A DNA stretch of 64,000 nucleotides from Chiloscyllium plagiosum (lineage: Eukaryota). Positions 62,086 through 64,000 of the stretch are shown here, one piece after another. Each line of letters opens with the position of its first letter. Positions within the stretch are counted from its first letter, which is position 1. Where the stretch lies: positions 46,732,349 to 46,796,348 of the forward strand of contig NC_057728.1 of assembly GCF_004010195.1 (NCBI RefSeq), given 5' to 3'. The notes under the pieces are model-generated. The model was not told the origin of the DNA. It searched no databases and worked only from the letters and a program-made list of their open reading frames with translations. A program made the position numbers and the translations under genes.

Positions 62086-62549
62086 AGCTATATTTTAAAG
62101 TCGTATCATAGCAAATGTATCCAGTCAGGATCCAAATTGGTAGGGCACTAAAATTTTGGAGGTATGTCCTTTTTGCACCAAACCTTCCAATGTTGGGCAA
62201 GTAAAACTCAAGCAGCAGAGAGAACTGTCTCTTTTTATTTATTATGGTAACACTTTCACGTGTATGCCCTTTCATCTGTTGAAAGCTAATCAAGTGTGAG
62301 TGCCCACACTGCTTTTCCGTAATATGTGACAGTTCTCATTCCCTAAATAACAGATTTTCATGTCTGGGGTTGAGCTGAATTCCTGGTTTCCTTCCAAAGT
62401 GACTTTGCCAACTTTTATATAAGTCTATTATGATTACTCCATCAATTTTGCCTTCAGGAGCGTGAGCTTCCATATAAAATCAGTCACAACTTCTTTGAAT
62501 ATGGAAACTATTGTCATTCATGGTACATTTTTGTGGTATCATACATAAA

Positions 62550-62752
62550 GCTAAAGTCACCATTATCTTAGCAGACCACTCTCTCATTATGGAGAGATGA
62601 ATTGCTATGGCTTAAACTGATGGCCAGCACATTTCAGGTGAGGTTGAGAAGATAGGACCATCATGGTAACCTCAGCTGGTACAGGTATTGAACTTGTGCT
62701 GTTAGCTTCACTGGGCTTTGCAGACCAGTCATCCAACCAACTGAGCTAACTC
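62550..62752 (-). mobile_element. LF-SINE-like element
   Basis: Homologous to 14005-14192. Confidence 0.7.
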
Positions 62753-63429
62753 CCTAATGGCAGCTTAATGATTTGTTCATTTGTCACCCTCCATTTAACT
62801 ATATGATACTGAATAAAGAACCCAGACAGGAACTTCTCTTTTAGGAGGCACCAGTATTCTGATGATTTTTTTTAAAATCTTATTCTCAGTCAAGTTACTT
62901 ATCATCCTCTCCAATCATCTTTTAGTACTTGAACATTGTTTTAGTGAATTATATTTATTTTGCATTTGGCAAAAGGGAATAATTGAAAGGTTCATGCAAG
63001 AGAGAAGGGGCAGCTAAGTTTATAGTTCAGTGATTTTCTCCGGGCAAAAACGTCTTTATCTGTCCCTTACCTTAGCTGTATCTGGTCAAGGGACACTTAC
63101 AAACACACGGTAGGAATTGTCTCACTATATAGAAACAACCCCACTCCTAACTATTAGATCTCCTGTGATAAGCACCCTTTCATTATAATCCAATGAAATA
63201 TAGATTTCATGTTACATAATGCATGAGGTATGTTAGATTTATTTGTGCCCAGTGATCATTAATTTTGGACAAAATTGCTATTTTGGCATTGCAAGATGTA
63301 TAAAATATTTTGGCAATTAAATTATGCCCGAGGATTAATGAGATTTTTTTGGGAGACATTTGGGCTTGTCATGAAACATTGTGTTACTGAGTTAATTGTT
63401 ATTGTTACCATTATTCTGAGCTCTTATTT

Positions 63430-63620
63430 CTCGCCGGTTCTAATTTTTTGCTGGACTTTTTATTTTTTCATTTTTCTAATTATTTTTCCCTAAGAATTTG
63501 TACTTAGGAATCTGTACCTAGGTACCTTGGTGCCGAAGATGGTGCTATAAGTAGCAACTTGTAAATATTTTACTGTACTCATGTAAGCACGTGACAAAAA
63601 AGCTAATTCTAATTCTAATG
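63430..63620 (+). mobile_element. Retroposon 3' end with (ttctaa)n tail
   Basis: aagatggtgc..acttgtaaa..tgacaaaaaagctaattctaattctaa. Related to the 10968 element end. Confidence 0.65.
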
Positions 63621-64000
63621 CCTTTTTATATACATTTACAGATGCAAACATTGGCAGTGCATATATCAATGTGATCTTCATAAACCTGTTGGTAACACAC
63701 AATTTTAAAGATGATCATTACTATCCCATGCTGAACTTGTGTGCGAGCTTTTTTTGTGATTTATGCACAAGGACCCCAAATTGCTTTACACTGATATGTT
63801 TAGGAATAAAAGCCAACATTCATAAAAGGACCAAAGCTTTTAGCTCTCAAGTAGTTAATTTCTTATAAAAATTAGCAAACTTTGATAGGACAGACAGCAT
63901 CGTGGTGGCTTTTGCCTCGTGATAGATTGAAAGACTGAACTATGACCTTGATTGATTGTGTTGAGAGATCAACCCATTCAGTGAATTGATTCTGTCCTTC

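Overview
AT-rich, repeat-dominated vertebrate DNA, most likely from a shark. This is inferred from HE1-type tRNA SINEs, CR1 LINEs, DeuSINE/LF-SINE-like elements and Penelope-derived palindromes. I cannot support an intact host protein-coding gene, rRNA, true tRNA gene or CRISPR array. Most listed ORFs are fragments of CR1, RTE, Tx1 or Harbinger elements, or artefacts of an 18-bp minisatellite. The best-supported unusual signal is a Tx1-clade non-LTR element whose 3' ends are repeatedly followed by one 14-nt motif (TATATAACCAGGAG, at the start of an LTR-like segment). This gives a target/insert array at 17.6-19.2 kb and a TSD-flanked composite at 7.9-8.4 kb. Also present are a 1.8-kb minisatellite with a 414-bp higher-order repeat inside a nested retroposon, Penelope-type minimal hammerhead motifs, and spliced Harbinger Myb-gene relics. 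A stop-poor minus-strand region at 30.2-37.2 kb may be a decayed gene with a tentative KIAA0825 resemblance. All protein resemblances were judged by eye from memory and are not statistically established. Repeat boundaries are approximate.
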